This document shows, in pieces, positions 41,322 to 51,147 of a stretch of 64,000 nucleotides of DNA (positions within the stretch are counted from its first letter, which is position 1; each line of letters begins with the position of its first letter). This DNA comes from an uncultured Pseudomonadota bacterium (lineage in GTDB: Bacteria; Desulfobacterota; Desulfobacteria; Desulfobacterales; Desulfobacteraceae). The stretch spans positions 19,703 through 83,702 of the forward strand of contig CALGRI010000380.1 of assembly GCA_937880875.1 (NCBI GenBank). Direction: 5' to 3'. Under the pieces are notes generated by a model. The model ran no database searches. It was not told the DNA's origin and worked only from the letters and a program-made list of their open reading frames with translations. Both the position numbers and the translations under genes were made by a program.

Positions 41322-43568
41322 TTAAGAACTCAGGCTGTCTGTAACACCGATAAAATCAAAACTCAATTTTGCCTGTATTGCCTTTATTTTTTTTAATACC
41401 TCTTTTAGCATTCTTTTTTCGATGGATGAGAGGTGTTTGGGATTGATATAATTGTCCGGTTTTATATTTTGACCGAGAATCGCCTGGATCTGCCCCATGA
41501 ATCGTATCTGCATGTTGAAACTGTAAGACTGATCCAATTCATTATATTCATTGCGCGACAAGATTTTTTTTACGTATAAGTGGTACAACCTGTCCTGGGT
41601 GGAGGTTTCCGTGATGTCATGTTTCAGGGAATAAATCCTTGCAAAGTCAACAATGGGAATGCCGGCCATTTTGATATCAATGCAATGTCTGTGCGATCCT
41701 TTGGACTTTAGTAAAAAATTGCCGAACAACCCAATAGGGGGTCTAAAATATACGGCATTTTCCGCCATGTTTCGGAAAAAGCCTGTCCAGTTGGATAAGC
41801 TCTTCATCAGATGGGCAGTTAGTTCATCGGTGATCCATTGTGCCCCATAAGCAAATCGGAAATCAAAAAAAATGCTGGTATGAAGCAGGTCTTCCGGGGA
41901 TGCGGCATGTATCCAAGATGAAAAATAGTCTTTCCATATTGAAAGGGGCTGACACCATTGGGGATTTTTCGCCATGATGCCGCCCTGACAAAAATCAAAT
42001 CCTGACTGATCCAACCAGTCGCAGACTTTTTCTCCAAGTTTCAGAAAATAGGGTTGCAGATTTTCAATTGTCTGCTGATCATCCGGATCCTTAAAAATGA
42101 TGGCATTATCCTGATCTGTTTTCAGAGTTTGCTCTTTTCTTCCTTCACTGCCAAGTATAACAAAGGCAAACGGCACCGGGGAGGGCCCAAGTTCGGCTGT
42201 TGCAAATGTCAGCAATTTGTTTAAAATGGCATCTGAAAAAGCCGTTACCAGCCATGTCACCGTCCTGATTTTGGTTCCGCTGGTGAGCATGCTGTGGATG
42301 AGCCTTGGCAGCTGGCTGTGCTTGCCGATGATTTCTTCAACCCGGCAGGCCTGGTTAATTTCACGAATAAGAGAAGTGTAGGAAAGTTCTGTCAATAACC
42401 GGTTATCCAATTCCAGTGTTTGATCTGAATGATCAAAAAGCTCAATGTCCCCAATCTGTATCCGGCTTTCCGGTAGGATAGAAACAGGTTCAAGGGCTTC
42501 TTGCGCCAAACTCTCATCAGCCGGGATGAAAAACCTTAAACCGGGCATGCCATCAAAGTCATCGTGTTCTGAATATGTCCAGAGGGCACTCTGGTGTTGG
42601 TTGAGGGCATCTTTCAAACTGATATTGGAGACATTGTTTGGTGTGCCGATATCAAGGCCGTCCCATTGTTTAATCAATTTTGGGCTTATCGCCCCTCCTT
42701 TCCAATTGATATCAAGCAGGACAATTTGATCTTTTTTATGAAAGGAAAAAGTAAATTCTGTCTGCCCTGTTGTTGTTTTCAGCCTGTCCAGTATAAAAAG
42801 CATCGTATTTGTAAATATGTAAGGATCTGCTTTGATTTTTATATTTTCAATATCAGAATGTTTTTTAGTGTGAAAGGTGATACCCAGTCTGTCCTGGGCC
42901 CGCCTGGATACTATTCGCATAAATTCCCTTATGAATACAGTTTTTAAGGACTTTTTAGCTTTGATAAGGCTTGTATATTCATCTGATACGCTGTTGAGAA
43001 TATCACTCAGGACAATGGATTCATTATATATGATCTCTTTAAACTGGTGCTGCTTTTCTTCATCCATTCGGGGGAATTCTCTCATGGCCTCAATAGCGGC
43101 TCTGATACTGGCCATAGGAGATCGGGCATTTTTTGATAATGTTTTTAAAAGAGACTCCACCCTTTTTTCTGCCTGGTTTTGCAGGGTGATATCATCGAGA
43201 ATCAACACAAATCCTGTAAACAGAGTGGTTATACTTAAAACCGGCACAATCTGGCCCTCTAATATCCGGTTGCTTTTTTTTAATATAAAGGTTGAAACTA
43301 TGTTGGTGCCATGTTGTTTTAATTGTTCATTGATTTCGTCAAGAGCATGTTCAATAAGGTTTTTGTCAATGAATGATGTAAGGGGTTTGCCTGTCATGGA
43401 AACAGGAGAGGCAGATTTCTTGTTACCCGGCAGAAGATATGATTCAGACTGGCTGTCATGTATCAGGATGGAACCATTAGCATCACAAATAGTGATGGCT
43501 TCCGGCAGTTTTGAAATAAACGAGGCCAGAACCTGTTTTTCTTCCATGATGTCGTTCTTACGATGCAT
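41322..43568 (-). CDS. PAS + degenerate HisKA/HATPase + DUF294 nucleotidyltransferase + DUF294_C
   Basis: N-terminal PAS (EAITICDANG.I); H-box-like KNARSPMASIR without His; NTase GSEGRKEQTLKTDQDNA; GGIMAKNP.W, IFFDFR, T.T..RL. Confidence 0.82.
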   Translation of the reverse strand: MHRKNDIMEEKQVLASFISKLPEAITICDANGSILIHDSQSESYLLPGNKKSASPVSMTGKPLTSFIDKNLIEHALDEINEQLKQHGTNIVSTFILKKSNRILEGQIVPVLSITTLFTGFVLILDDITLQNQAEKRVESLLKTLSKNARSPMASIRAAIEAMREFPRMDEEKQHQFKEIIYNESIVLSDILNSVSDEYTSLIKAKKSLKTVFIREFMRIVSRRAQDRLGITFHTKKHSDIENIKIKADPYIFTNTMLFILDRLKTTTGQTEFTFSFHKKDQIVLLDINWKGGAISPKLIKQWDGLDIGTPNNVSNISLKDALNQHQSALWTYSEHDDFDGMPGLRFFIPADESLAQEALEPVSILPESRIQIGDIELFDHSDQTLELDNRLLTELSYTSLIREINQACRVEEIIGKHSQLPRLIHSMLTSGTKIRTVTWLVTAFSDAILNKLLTFATAELGPSPVPFAFVILGSEGRKEQTLKTDQDNAIIFKDPDDQQTIENLQPYFLKLGEKVCDWLDQSGFDFCQGGIMAKNPQWCQPLSIWKDYFSSWIHAASPEDLLHTSIFFDFRFAYGAQWITDELTAHLMKSLSNWTGFFRNMAENAVYFRPPIGLFGNFLLKSKGSHRHCIDIKMAGIPIVDFARIYSLKHDITETSTQDRLYHLYVKKILSRNEYNELDQSYSFNMQIRFMGQIQAILGQNIKPDNYINPKHLSSIEKRMLKEVLKKIKAIQAKLSFDFIGVTDSLSS

Positions 43569-43605
43569 AGGTTTTAAATATCAGCCTTTATATTGCAGAG
43601 TTAAA

Positions 43606-45468
43606 TTATGCATGAATATGTTCGCCAGCATCTTCCATCGGCATGATAACACTGTAAACGCCTTCTTCCAAAAGGCATTTAAGATTTGGAAACACTTTTT
43701 TGAACACTCTCATTATTTTATAATTGGAAAATAATACCTCAGCGGTAAAAGCCTCAATGCCTCTGTCTTTTCCAAGCCTCATCAACAGAATCACCATATG
43801 GGTAGCAATGCCGAGGCTATTGTAGTTTTCATCGACAATTATGGCGATTTCAGCCCTTTTGCCTGACGACTCTTGTAAGTATCTGGCTTCGGAAATTAAA
43901 ATACCCTGTCCGGGTTCCCCGACCAGTCCCACGATGGACATGGTGTTTTCCCAGTCTATATTAACATAGTCCTGCATTTTTGAATGGGGCATTGTGGTTA
44001 TGGTATGAAAATACCGGTTATAAATGGATTCATCGGAAAAACGATAAAACAGCCTTCGCATTTGTTCCTCGTCCGAAGGCTTTATGGGCCGGAATCGAAC
44101 AACGACATTATTCTTAAATGTCTGCTGATCGTCAATTTCATGGGGATAAAAGCGGGAGCTTCTTTTTAAGAATATCTGGTCCGGGTAGAGAATGTTTTTT
44201 TGTTTGGCCTGATTAAACAGATCCAGGCGGTCATCCGGGTGAGCGATCTCGATCATGGCTTGTGCTCGTTCCCGGATGGATAGCCCGTTAAGCATGGCTG
44301 TCCCATATTCGGTTACTACCATGTCAATAGATTCTTCAAACCCCAGCTGATTATAATACCGTTCAATCGAAAGCCTTATGTTGGAATCATTGCGCAGGTT
44401 TCTGGAAGGAAGGCCGACTATTATACGCCCGTCCTTGGAAATCTGGGCGCCTAAAAAAGAATCTATCAACTCCATGGGGCCGGAGATCACATTCCCTTTT
44501 CCGTGGTGCAGAACAATGCGACCGGCTAAATCCACCTTGCGTGCCGGAATAACTGCAACAAATCGTGAATTTTTTCCAATATTGACCGGATCAAATACAG
44601 TCTGTATTCCCTGGAACTCCACAAACGGGTTCCGGTCCAGCCAGGTCATCAGTTCAGGGGTTCCAAAAGCATAAGATGCAATGGATTTTCCCTGAAAAAT
44701 GGTTTTATAAAGATTGGTCACAGCTCCTTTTTTGATCAGGTCCATTAAGGCATCGGTAAATACCGGGGAATGGACCCCAAGGTGGCGTTTGCCTGCAAGC
44801 TGCGGGCTTAAGGCTTCAAACAAAGGACCAATGGAAAACGCAATACAGCTTTTATCCTGGATCAAGGAAGCGATGCGCCTGGCAATCTGGTCAAAGGGCG
44901 GGCCGGTTTTCCAACGTTTAAAATAAACCAGGTCTTCTGTTGAATAGACAAGCAGGTTAAATTCAGATATATTGACGAGGGTATCGCCGAATGTCCATGG
45001 AATTTTTGGATTGATTTCTCCCACAACAAAAGAGGCTTGTCTCATGGCAGACCGTGCCACATCCAGGGAGACTCCCAGGCAGGCGTTTCCGGAATTATCA
45101 GGTGGTGTAATCTGGATAAATACAGCATCAACCAGGATACGCTTGGAATCAAACAGCCGGTTAAGCCGGGTGAACCGTGTCGGTATCAGGTCAACCAGCC
45201 CTTGTGTAATGGCATTTTCCATCATATTACCGAAGCTGAATGTCTTAAATCTGTACTTATGGGAATCAAGGGTTTTAAGGGAAATGGTATCGCTGAAATT
45301 CACAAGCTGGATCAGCTCAAGATCAGCCAGGTTGTGATAATCGGATTTCATCAGACATTTTACCAGAGTTCGAGGCTCAGAAACACCTGTGCCCAGGAAA
45401 ATACTCATTCCAGGTTTGATTTTTTTCATGACAACATCAGGGTCAACAATTTTTTGTTGCCAATTCAT
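43606..45468 (-). CDS. Acetyl-CoA hydrolase/transferase fused to a C-terminal GNAT domain
   Basis: GVSEP, SLGVS-like, EINP..P.T.GD, VVTEYG.A.L.G.SIRERA..MI.IAHP; GNAT part RPI.P.D..LFY..S..S.Y.R. Start placed at 45468 (AAGGGA RBS). Confidence 0.88.
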   Translation of the reverse strand: MNWQQKIVDPDVVMKKIKPGMSIFLGTGVSEPRTLVKCLMKSDYHNLADLELIQLVNFSDTISLKTLDSHKYRFKTFSFGNMMENAITQGLVDLIPTRFTRLNRLFDSKRILVDAVFIQITPPDNSGNACLGVSLDVARSAMRQASFVVGEINPKIPWTFGDTLVNISEFNLLVYSTEDLVYFKRWKTGPPFDQIARRIASLIQDKSCIAFSIGPLFEALSPQLAGKRHLGVHSPVFTDALMDLIKKGAVTNLYKTIFQGKSIASYAFGTPELMTWLDRNPFVEFQGIQTVFDPVNIGKNSRFVAVIPARKVDLAGRIVLHHGKGNVISGPMELIDSFLGAQISKDGRIIVGLPSRNLRNDSNIRLSIERYYNQLGFEESIDMVVTEYGTAMLNGLSIRERAQAMIEIAHPDDRLDLFNQAKQKNILYPDQIFLKRSSRFYPHEIDDQQTFKNNVVVRFRPIKPSDEEQMRRLFYRFSDESIYNRYFHTITTMPHSKMQDYVNIDWENTMSIVGLVGEPGQGILISEARYLQESSGKRAEIAIIVDENYNSLGIATHMVILLMRLGKDRGIEAFTAEVLFSNYKIMRVFKKVFPNLKCLLEEGVYSVIMPMEDAGEHIHA

Positions 45469-45683
45469 ATTTATCCCTTGATTAAAGCCATATGAGATGA
45501 ATCTCATCCAGGATATCCTTTGTACACTGAACAACGGCAGACAGCAGGTGAAGTCAGAAGAAGAAAGAATTAAGTATGTCCGAAGAATATGAATCTAAGT
45601 CATTAGCTTTATTAAAAATAGATAGAAACTCATTTTTTGTCAATAGAAGTATGAAAAAGGATTGGAAAAACTATTGTCAAAAA

Positions 45684-47225
45684 TTAAACCAGCTCCCCTT
45701 TTCTCACCTTACCAAGTGAAGTCCTGGGAAATTCAGATTTAAAGGTAACCTTTTTAGGCCATTTATATTTTGCAAGCTTGTCTTTACACATGGCAATGAC
45801 ATCTGCCTGGGTCAATGAAGCGCCGGAAGAAGGTATAACAAAAGCATGTCCTGTTTCACCCCATGTTGCATCAGCCATTCCCACAACAGCCGCATCCTCG
45901 ACTTCTGGATAAAGTTTAAGGATTTTTTCCACCTCTGCCGGATATACGTTTTCCCCGCCGGAAATATACATATCCCCGGCCCTTCCCTCAAGATAGAAAA
46001 ACCCCTCCTCATCCATCCGGGCCAGATCCCCTGTATGAAGATACCCGTTCTTAATGGTTTCTTCTGTTTTCACAGGATCCTGCCAATACTCTTTCATCAT
46101 AATAGACCCCCGGACAACAATCTCGCCTATTTCACCGGGCTTTGCAAGTTTCCCCCGGTCATCAAGGATACAGACCTCTGCATGGAAAACAGGCCTTCCC
46201 ACTGTTCCCGGCTTTTTTAAGGAATCCTCTTCAGAAGCCCATAACAAAATAGAGGTCTCTGTCTGGCCCATGATCTGGCGAAAGCCAAGGCCTGCTTTGG
46301 CACACTCTTTGATCAAATCCTGGTTAAGTTTTTCCCCGCCACCGGCACAGACCCGCAGAGAGGAAATATCTCTGCGATTTTTAGGATCAATTTTTAACAA
46401 CTCCCTGTATACCGTTGGAACGCCTAAAAACTTGGTAACCCTGTATTTTTCAATATCCTGGTAAATCAGGAGAGGATCAAATTTTCTGTGAAGGATAATG
46501 GTTGCCCCTTTATAAAAAATCGGGGCTGCCTGAATAAAAAGACCGCCGGAATGAAACAGGGGTAAAAGAATCAACATGATATCGGAAAAATGAAGCTTAA
46601 AAAAAATATCTGCATTCAGGCAGTTAAAAAAGGTTTTCCTATGGGACAGAACCGCACCCTTTGGCTGTCCTGTTGTGCCCGAGGTGTACATTATGACCTG
46701 GGGTTCTTCAGGATCCGCAGGACCAAGGCTCCTTGTCAGAAAAGCCCTTTTCCCATCAAATTTCTCAGTTTCTTTGACAAAATCAAATACCCGTCCATTG
46801 AACTGAGCCTTTCCCACAACCGCCACCATCATGGGGGGCAGATAGCTTTCCAGTTCAAGTGTATTCACTGTGCTTTTAAATCCATCTCCATGGACAAAAA
46901 GCCTGGGCCGGCAATTGTTGATAAAATAATCCAGTTCAACAGATGTAATTCGAAAATTTATGGGAACAAAAATAGCCCCAAGTCTTGCACAGGCAAAAAA
47001 CAGATCAAAAAACTCCAGACAATTATTCAGCATCACAGCCACCCTGTCACCTTTTTCAATCCCAATGGACTGGAGCCAGCAGGCTGTCCTGTCAGCCCTC
47101 CTGCAAAGCGCCTGGTAGGAAATGGTCTTTTCTTCAAATACAATTGCCGGCTTGTCCGGTGTCAGTTCAGCCCATCTTTGCACCCACCATGCAATATTCA
47201 TGGATTTAATCATTTGTCTTCCCAA
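45684..47225 (-). CDS. AMP-forming acyl-CoA synthetase
   Basis: YTSGTTGQPKG, PLFH, GQTE, HTGD, ISGGENVYP.EVE, GK. Confidence 0.94.
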   Translation of the reverse strand: MGRQMIKSMNIAWWVQRWAELTPDKPAIVFEEKTISYQALCRRADRTACWLQSIGIEKGDRVAVMLNNCLEFFDLFFACARLGAIFVPINFRITSVELDYFINNCRPRLFVHGDGFKSTVNTLELESYLPPMMVAVVGKAQFNGRVFDFVKETEKFDGKRAFLTRSLGPADPEEPQVIMYTSGTTGQPKGAVLSHRKTFFNCLNADIFFKLHFSDIMLILLPLFHSGGLFIQAAPIFYKGATIILHRKFDPLLIYQDIEKYRVTKFLGVPTVYRELLKIDPKNRRDISSLRVCAGGGEKLNQDLIKECAKAGLGFRQIMGQTETSILLWASEEDSLKKPGTVGRPVFHAEVCILDDRGKLAKPGEIGEIVVRGSIMMKEYWQDPVKTEETIKNGYLHTGDLARMDEEGFFYLEGRAGDMYISGGENVYPAEVEKILKLYPEVEDAAVVGMADATWGETGHAFVIPSSGASLTQADVIAMCKDKLAKYKWPKKVTFKSEFPRTSLGKVRKGELV

Positions 47226-47314
47226 AAGGCATAAGCATTATAAGTTTTCATCCGTTTATTTTGTCCTGAGTATCAATCTCTTTGGAAGTACTCTTTTTTA
47301 CAGCAGTGATCGTT

Positions 47315-47581
47315 TTATTTCAACCCGAGATTGTCAAAAAAATGTTTGTGTTTCATCCGGTATAAATTTTTATCTTCCTTAACCAGGTAAAAACACCGCT
47401 TGTTGTCATCATCAAAACACTCAAACAATCCAGTATAATCTTCTTTATCCATGACATCGCAGATACGGGATACATCATCATTGAATTTTCTGCAGACCAA
47501 TGCCCAGTCTTCCTCTTTGCCATCTTTTTTAATGGTGATTTTTTTGGATATTTCTTCAAACTCCGCCTGAATGGATTTCAT
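47315..47581 (-). CDS. Hypothetical protein
   Basis: 88-aa ORF with a GGGG RBS, co-oriented upstream of the ligase. Confidence 0.65.
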   Translation of the reverse strand: MKSIQAEFEEISKKITIKKDGKEEDWALVCRKFNDDVSRICDVMDKEDYTGLFECFDDDNKRCFYLVKEDKNLYRMKHKHFFDNLGLK

Positions 47582-47718
47582 TGTTTCGCCCCCAAACCAT
47601 ATAATTTAAGTGAACAAAAATTAAAGTAACTGAAATAATCTTAACAAAAGACAGCAAATGATGTAAAACAAATTTAAAATAAAAATAAAGACACGCTTGT
47701 CTAAAAAAAGGATTAAAC

Positions 47719-47790
47719 ATGAAAACAGGTCGTAATGATCCATGCCCCTGCGGCAGCTGGAAAAAACATAAAGAACTGGGCCTGGATTAA
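47719..47790 (+). CDS. 23-aa SEC-C motif micro-ORF or gene remnant
   Basis: AAGGA RBS, then MKTGRNDPCPCGSWKKHKELGLD*; stop 2 bp before the next ATG. Confidence 0.5.
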   Translation: MKTGRNDPCPCGSWKKHKELGLD

Positions 47791-47792
47791 AT

Positions 47793-48410
47793 ATGGGCAT
47801 CTATAATAAGTACGTTCTTCCCAAATTGATACACTGGGTTTGTTCAGGAAAAGATATGAGTAATCAACGGGCAAAAGTTATTCCCCATGCCCATGGAAGA
47901 GTCCTTGAAATAGGCATCGGAGCGGGACTAAATCTGCCATTTTATAATCCGGAAAAAATCGGTTTTTTATGGGGTCTTGATCCTTCAAAACAATTGCGGG
48001 AAATTGCAGAAAAAAAGGCCGTTGATTTACCATTCAATGTTAAATTTATCGGTTTGTCCGGAGAAGAGATTCCCCTTGAAAAAAATGATGCAGATACCGT
48101 GGTGGTCACCTATACCCTTTGCACAATCCCTGATGTATTAAAGGCTTTAATTGAAATGAACCGGGTTTTGAAACCAGGGGGCAATCTAATTTTTTGTGAA
48201 CACGGAATAGCACCTGATGATATAATCCTTAAATGGCAGAACAGGATGAACCCGATCTGGAAAAGGGTAAGCGGCGGTTGCAACCTTAATAGACCCATAC
48301 CACATCTTATTAAAAAAAGCGGTTTTAAAATCAAACATCTTGATATGGCTTATATGAGCAGCTTTAAACTGGCAAGCTTTAATTACTGGGGTACTGCTGT
48401 GTCTGGATAA
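47793..48410 (+). CDS. Class I SAM-dependent methyltransferase
   Basis: VLEIGIGAGLN, TLCTIPD, RVLKPGG, EHG, GGCNLNR. Confidence 0.92.
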   Translation: MGIYNKYVLPKLIHWVCSGKDMSNQRAKVIPHAHGRVLEIGIGAGLNLPFYNPEKIGFLWGLDPSKQLREIAEKKAVDLPFNVKFIGLSGEEIPLEKNDADTVVVTYTLCTIPDVLKALIEMNRVLKPGGNLIFCEHGIAPDDIILKWQNRMNPIWKRVSGGCNLNRPIPHLIKKSGFKIKHLDMAYMSSFKLASFNYWGTAVSG

Positions 48411-48549
48411 CCTTTGTCAAAGGATAAAGATGTTCTGTAATTCCCATGGCATTGGGATACGATATTATGATATCAGAATCCAACTGACGTGAAATGGTAT
48501 TGATCTTATTTTAGTTTTGAAAAAGTCAATCAAATCTAAGGAGCGTATA

Positions 48550-49304
48550 ATGAAAAATTATTCGAATGTGATATTATTCGTAATTATTGTTTTAGGTTTT
48601 AATAACCTTTGTTTAGCAAATCCGCTGTCAAACATCATGTCGTTGTTTCAAAGAGACTTGGTGATTGATGTATCCTATCAAAATCATAAAAATCTTATTC
48701 AAGGTAGTGAAGTATATTTAGCAGAAGATCCAAAAGGCCAAAAGGTATTAATAGGGAAGGTAAAAAAAGTATCTTTGGTTGAGTCTCAAATGTCCAAAGT
48801 TGAAATCATTATTGAGAAAAAATATAAAGAAAAAATATATGAGACCACACCATTTGTTTTGATGAGCAATGTTTTTTCAAAGAATTCAAGCGCATACATT
48901 GTTGCTATTTCTTCTTTAGATACATCGGATAAAATACCTTTGAAATCAGGATCTTTAGTGAAAGGAATTACCTTTTTCGAATACAAAATTGATAGGGCTG
49001 GGGGGAAGAGTTAAAAAAGGCAATGAATAGTATTAAAAAACAAAATGACGAACTTGTGAGTCAACTTGAAAAATATATAGATACTTTTAACACTGAAGCA
49101 TTCCATAAAAAGATAGGTGAGCTTGTTAATCAAATCTCACAATTTTCAGCAGAGCAAAAAGAAGCCTTTAAAAATGAGGTTTTACCAGCGCTCAGAAAGA
49201 TGTTTGATTCGATAATGGAACAACTTGAAGAACAAAATAATATGGAAAAATCAAAGGATTTAGAAAGACAATTAAAGGAAATAGAAGATATGGTTAATGT
49301 CTGA
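48550..49304 (+). pseudogene. MlaD/MCE-like exported protein split by a frameshift in a G6 run
   Basis: L..GS.V...G....IGKV..V MCE-like motif; ORF1 stops just after GGGGGG (49000-49005) and the -1 frame continues EELKKAMNS into ORF 49023-49304. Confidence 0.6.
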
Positions 49305-50496
49305 TAATGAGGTGTCCATGAATTATTTTGATTTCAGGTTTGCGGCAAATACGCATTTGTATTTTGGTGCAGGCAAATTTAAATTGCTTCCCAAATTGAT
49401 TAATAATTTTGGCGAGAATCTGCTATTGGTATTGGGTGGGCAATCTTTTAAAAAAACCAGTCATTACAAATGGCTTTTAAATGCCCTGGAAAATAGCTCC
49501 GCCAGGATGTATTGTGCATCCATTCAATCAGAACCATCACCAAACCAGGTTGATGAAATAGTCCAGATATTTCAAAAAAAAAATATTCAGGTTGTGGTTG
49601 CCATTGGCGGCGGCAGTGTGATTGATGCTGGAAAAGCAGTTTCAGCAATGCTGACCAAAAACACATCCGTTTCAGCCTTTCTTGAAGATGTGGGAACCCA
49701 AACCCATGATGGGGGAAAAATTCCCTTTATTGCAGTGCCCACAACAGCTGGAACAGGGAGTGAGGCAACTCAAAATGCCGTGCTGAGCCTGGTCGGCAAA
49801 AAAGGTTTTAAAAAATCCCTTCGCCATGAAAACTTCGTTCCTGATATCGCGCTGGTTGATCCTGAACTCACCCTTTCCTGCCCCGGGGAAATAAGTGCTG
49901 CCTGTGGCATGGATGCGTTAACCCAGTTAATAGAGTCCTATGTCTCCATCAAATCTTCTCCAATGACTGATTCCCTTGCGCTGGGTGGCTTACGCGTTAT
50001 GGGAGACGCAATTTTAAAATCCGCAGTCCTGGATCCCAATGATCTTGATGCCCGCACAAGAATCTGTTATGGATCATATATTTCCGGCCTAACCTTGGCA
50101 AATGCAGGGCTTGGTGTGGTCCACGGGTTTGCCTCGGTTATTGGCGGGGGTTTTCCCATCCCCCATGGAGTTGTTTGCGGAACATTGCTTGCACAAACCA
50201 CTCAAAAAAATATTGAAACACTGATCCTTCTTGACCCCGAAGGTGATTCTCTTTTAAAATACGCCAATGCTGGCAAATTACTTGGAAAAACAAAAAACAA
50301 TGACCCCATCAAAAATGCAAGGATTCTTTCAGATCTTCTTATGGAATGGACTGAATTCTTAAAAATCCCCAGGCTTAGCCAATTTGGTGTCACCAGGGAT
50401 GATATTAACGAAATAGTATCTGCTACAGGCCAAAAAAATAATCCTGTCGCGTTAAAAAAAGAGGAGTTAAAAAATATTTTAAAAGACAGGCTTTAA
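49297..50496 (+). CDS. Iron-containing alcohol dehydrogenase
   Basis: GGGSVIDAGK, PTTAGTGSE.T, DALTQLIESY, GLG.VHG, PHG. Confidence 0.94.
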   Translation: MSDNEVSMNYFDFRFAANTHLYFGAGKFKLLPKLINNFGENLLLVLGGQSFKKTSHYKWLLNALENSSARMYCASIQSEPSPNQVDEIVQIFQKKNIQVVVAIGGGSVIDAGKAVSAMLTKNTSVSAFLEDVGTQTHDGGKIPFIAVPTTAGTGSEATQNAVLSLVGKKGFKKSLRHENFVPDIALVDPELTLSCPGEISAACGMDALTQLIESYVSIKSSPMTDSLALGGLRVMGDAILKSAVLDPNDLDARTRICYGSYISGLTLANAGLGVVHGFASVIGGGFPIPHGVVCGTLLAQTTQKNIETLILLDPEGDSLLKYANAGKLLGKTKNNDPIKNARILSDLLMEWTEFLKIPRLSQFGVTRDDINEIVSATGQKNNPVALKKEELKNILKDRL

Positions 50497-50521
50497 ATAT
50501 TTATTGTAGATACCGGCCAAA

Positions 50522-51070
50522 TTAATATAAAAATATCGCAAATTCATGACCTTGGGCTGCTGCTAAACTTTCCCAGACATAAGCCAGTTGATAATTTTGC
50601 GTTACCCCTGTGCCGTTAGAATACATACGGCCAAGAATGAACTGAGCCGAAGCATCTCCCTGGTCAGCTGCTTTTTTAGGACCCATAACCCTAATATCTG
50701 TCGGAACAATATCTTTTTCTTTGACAGGTTCTTTCTCCTTAACAGCCGCTTTCTTCTGTTCAAGCGCTTTCTTTACTTCAGGTGATTTTTCCTTAAGATG
50801 TGCTTTCCTCTTAACAGGCGATTTTCCTGCTTCCTGGGGTGAAAGAGTTTTCCCAGGGTCAATTACAGATTCTTTTAATATTATACTGCCCTTTGGCGCC
50901 ATAGCAGAAGGGGTCTTGGTTCTGGTACCAGATGTGTTTTTGTCTTTTTGCTTTGGTAGGGTCTGATAGTTGCTGAAATGGTGAACCCCATTTTCAACCT
51001 AATGATAATATTGAGCATATATCATACAGGGGAAAAAGAACAAAAAAATGAATATAATTATTTTTTTTAT
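50522..51070 (-). pseudogene. Decayed signal peptide-DUF4124-Sel1 repeat gene
   Basis: Reading in frame upstream of the tracked ORF gives (ATA)KKIIIFIFLFFFPCMIYAQYYH*VENGVHHFSN; TAG at 51001-50999 sits at the usual Trp; one Sel1 repeat AADQGDASAQFILG.MY..G.GV.Q, then an abrupt stop. Confidence 0.65.
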
Positions 51071-51147
51071 AACCTGTCTTTACTTCTATCAACCATTACC
51101 ATTTTTTAAAAGTATGCGGCAAAATTATTTTAAAGTCTGCCTGCCTG

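Noticed and set aside
42877-43734. Long antisense ORFs (e.g. 42877-43734, 32417-33154, 46590-47234)
   Set aside because: They lie opposite well-supported genes and show no recognisable motifs.
50999-51001. In-frame TAG as possible pyrrolysine
   Set aside because: It falls at a position that is normally Trp (TGG>TAG, one change), and the gene has other lesions.
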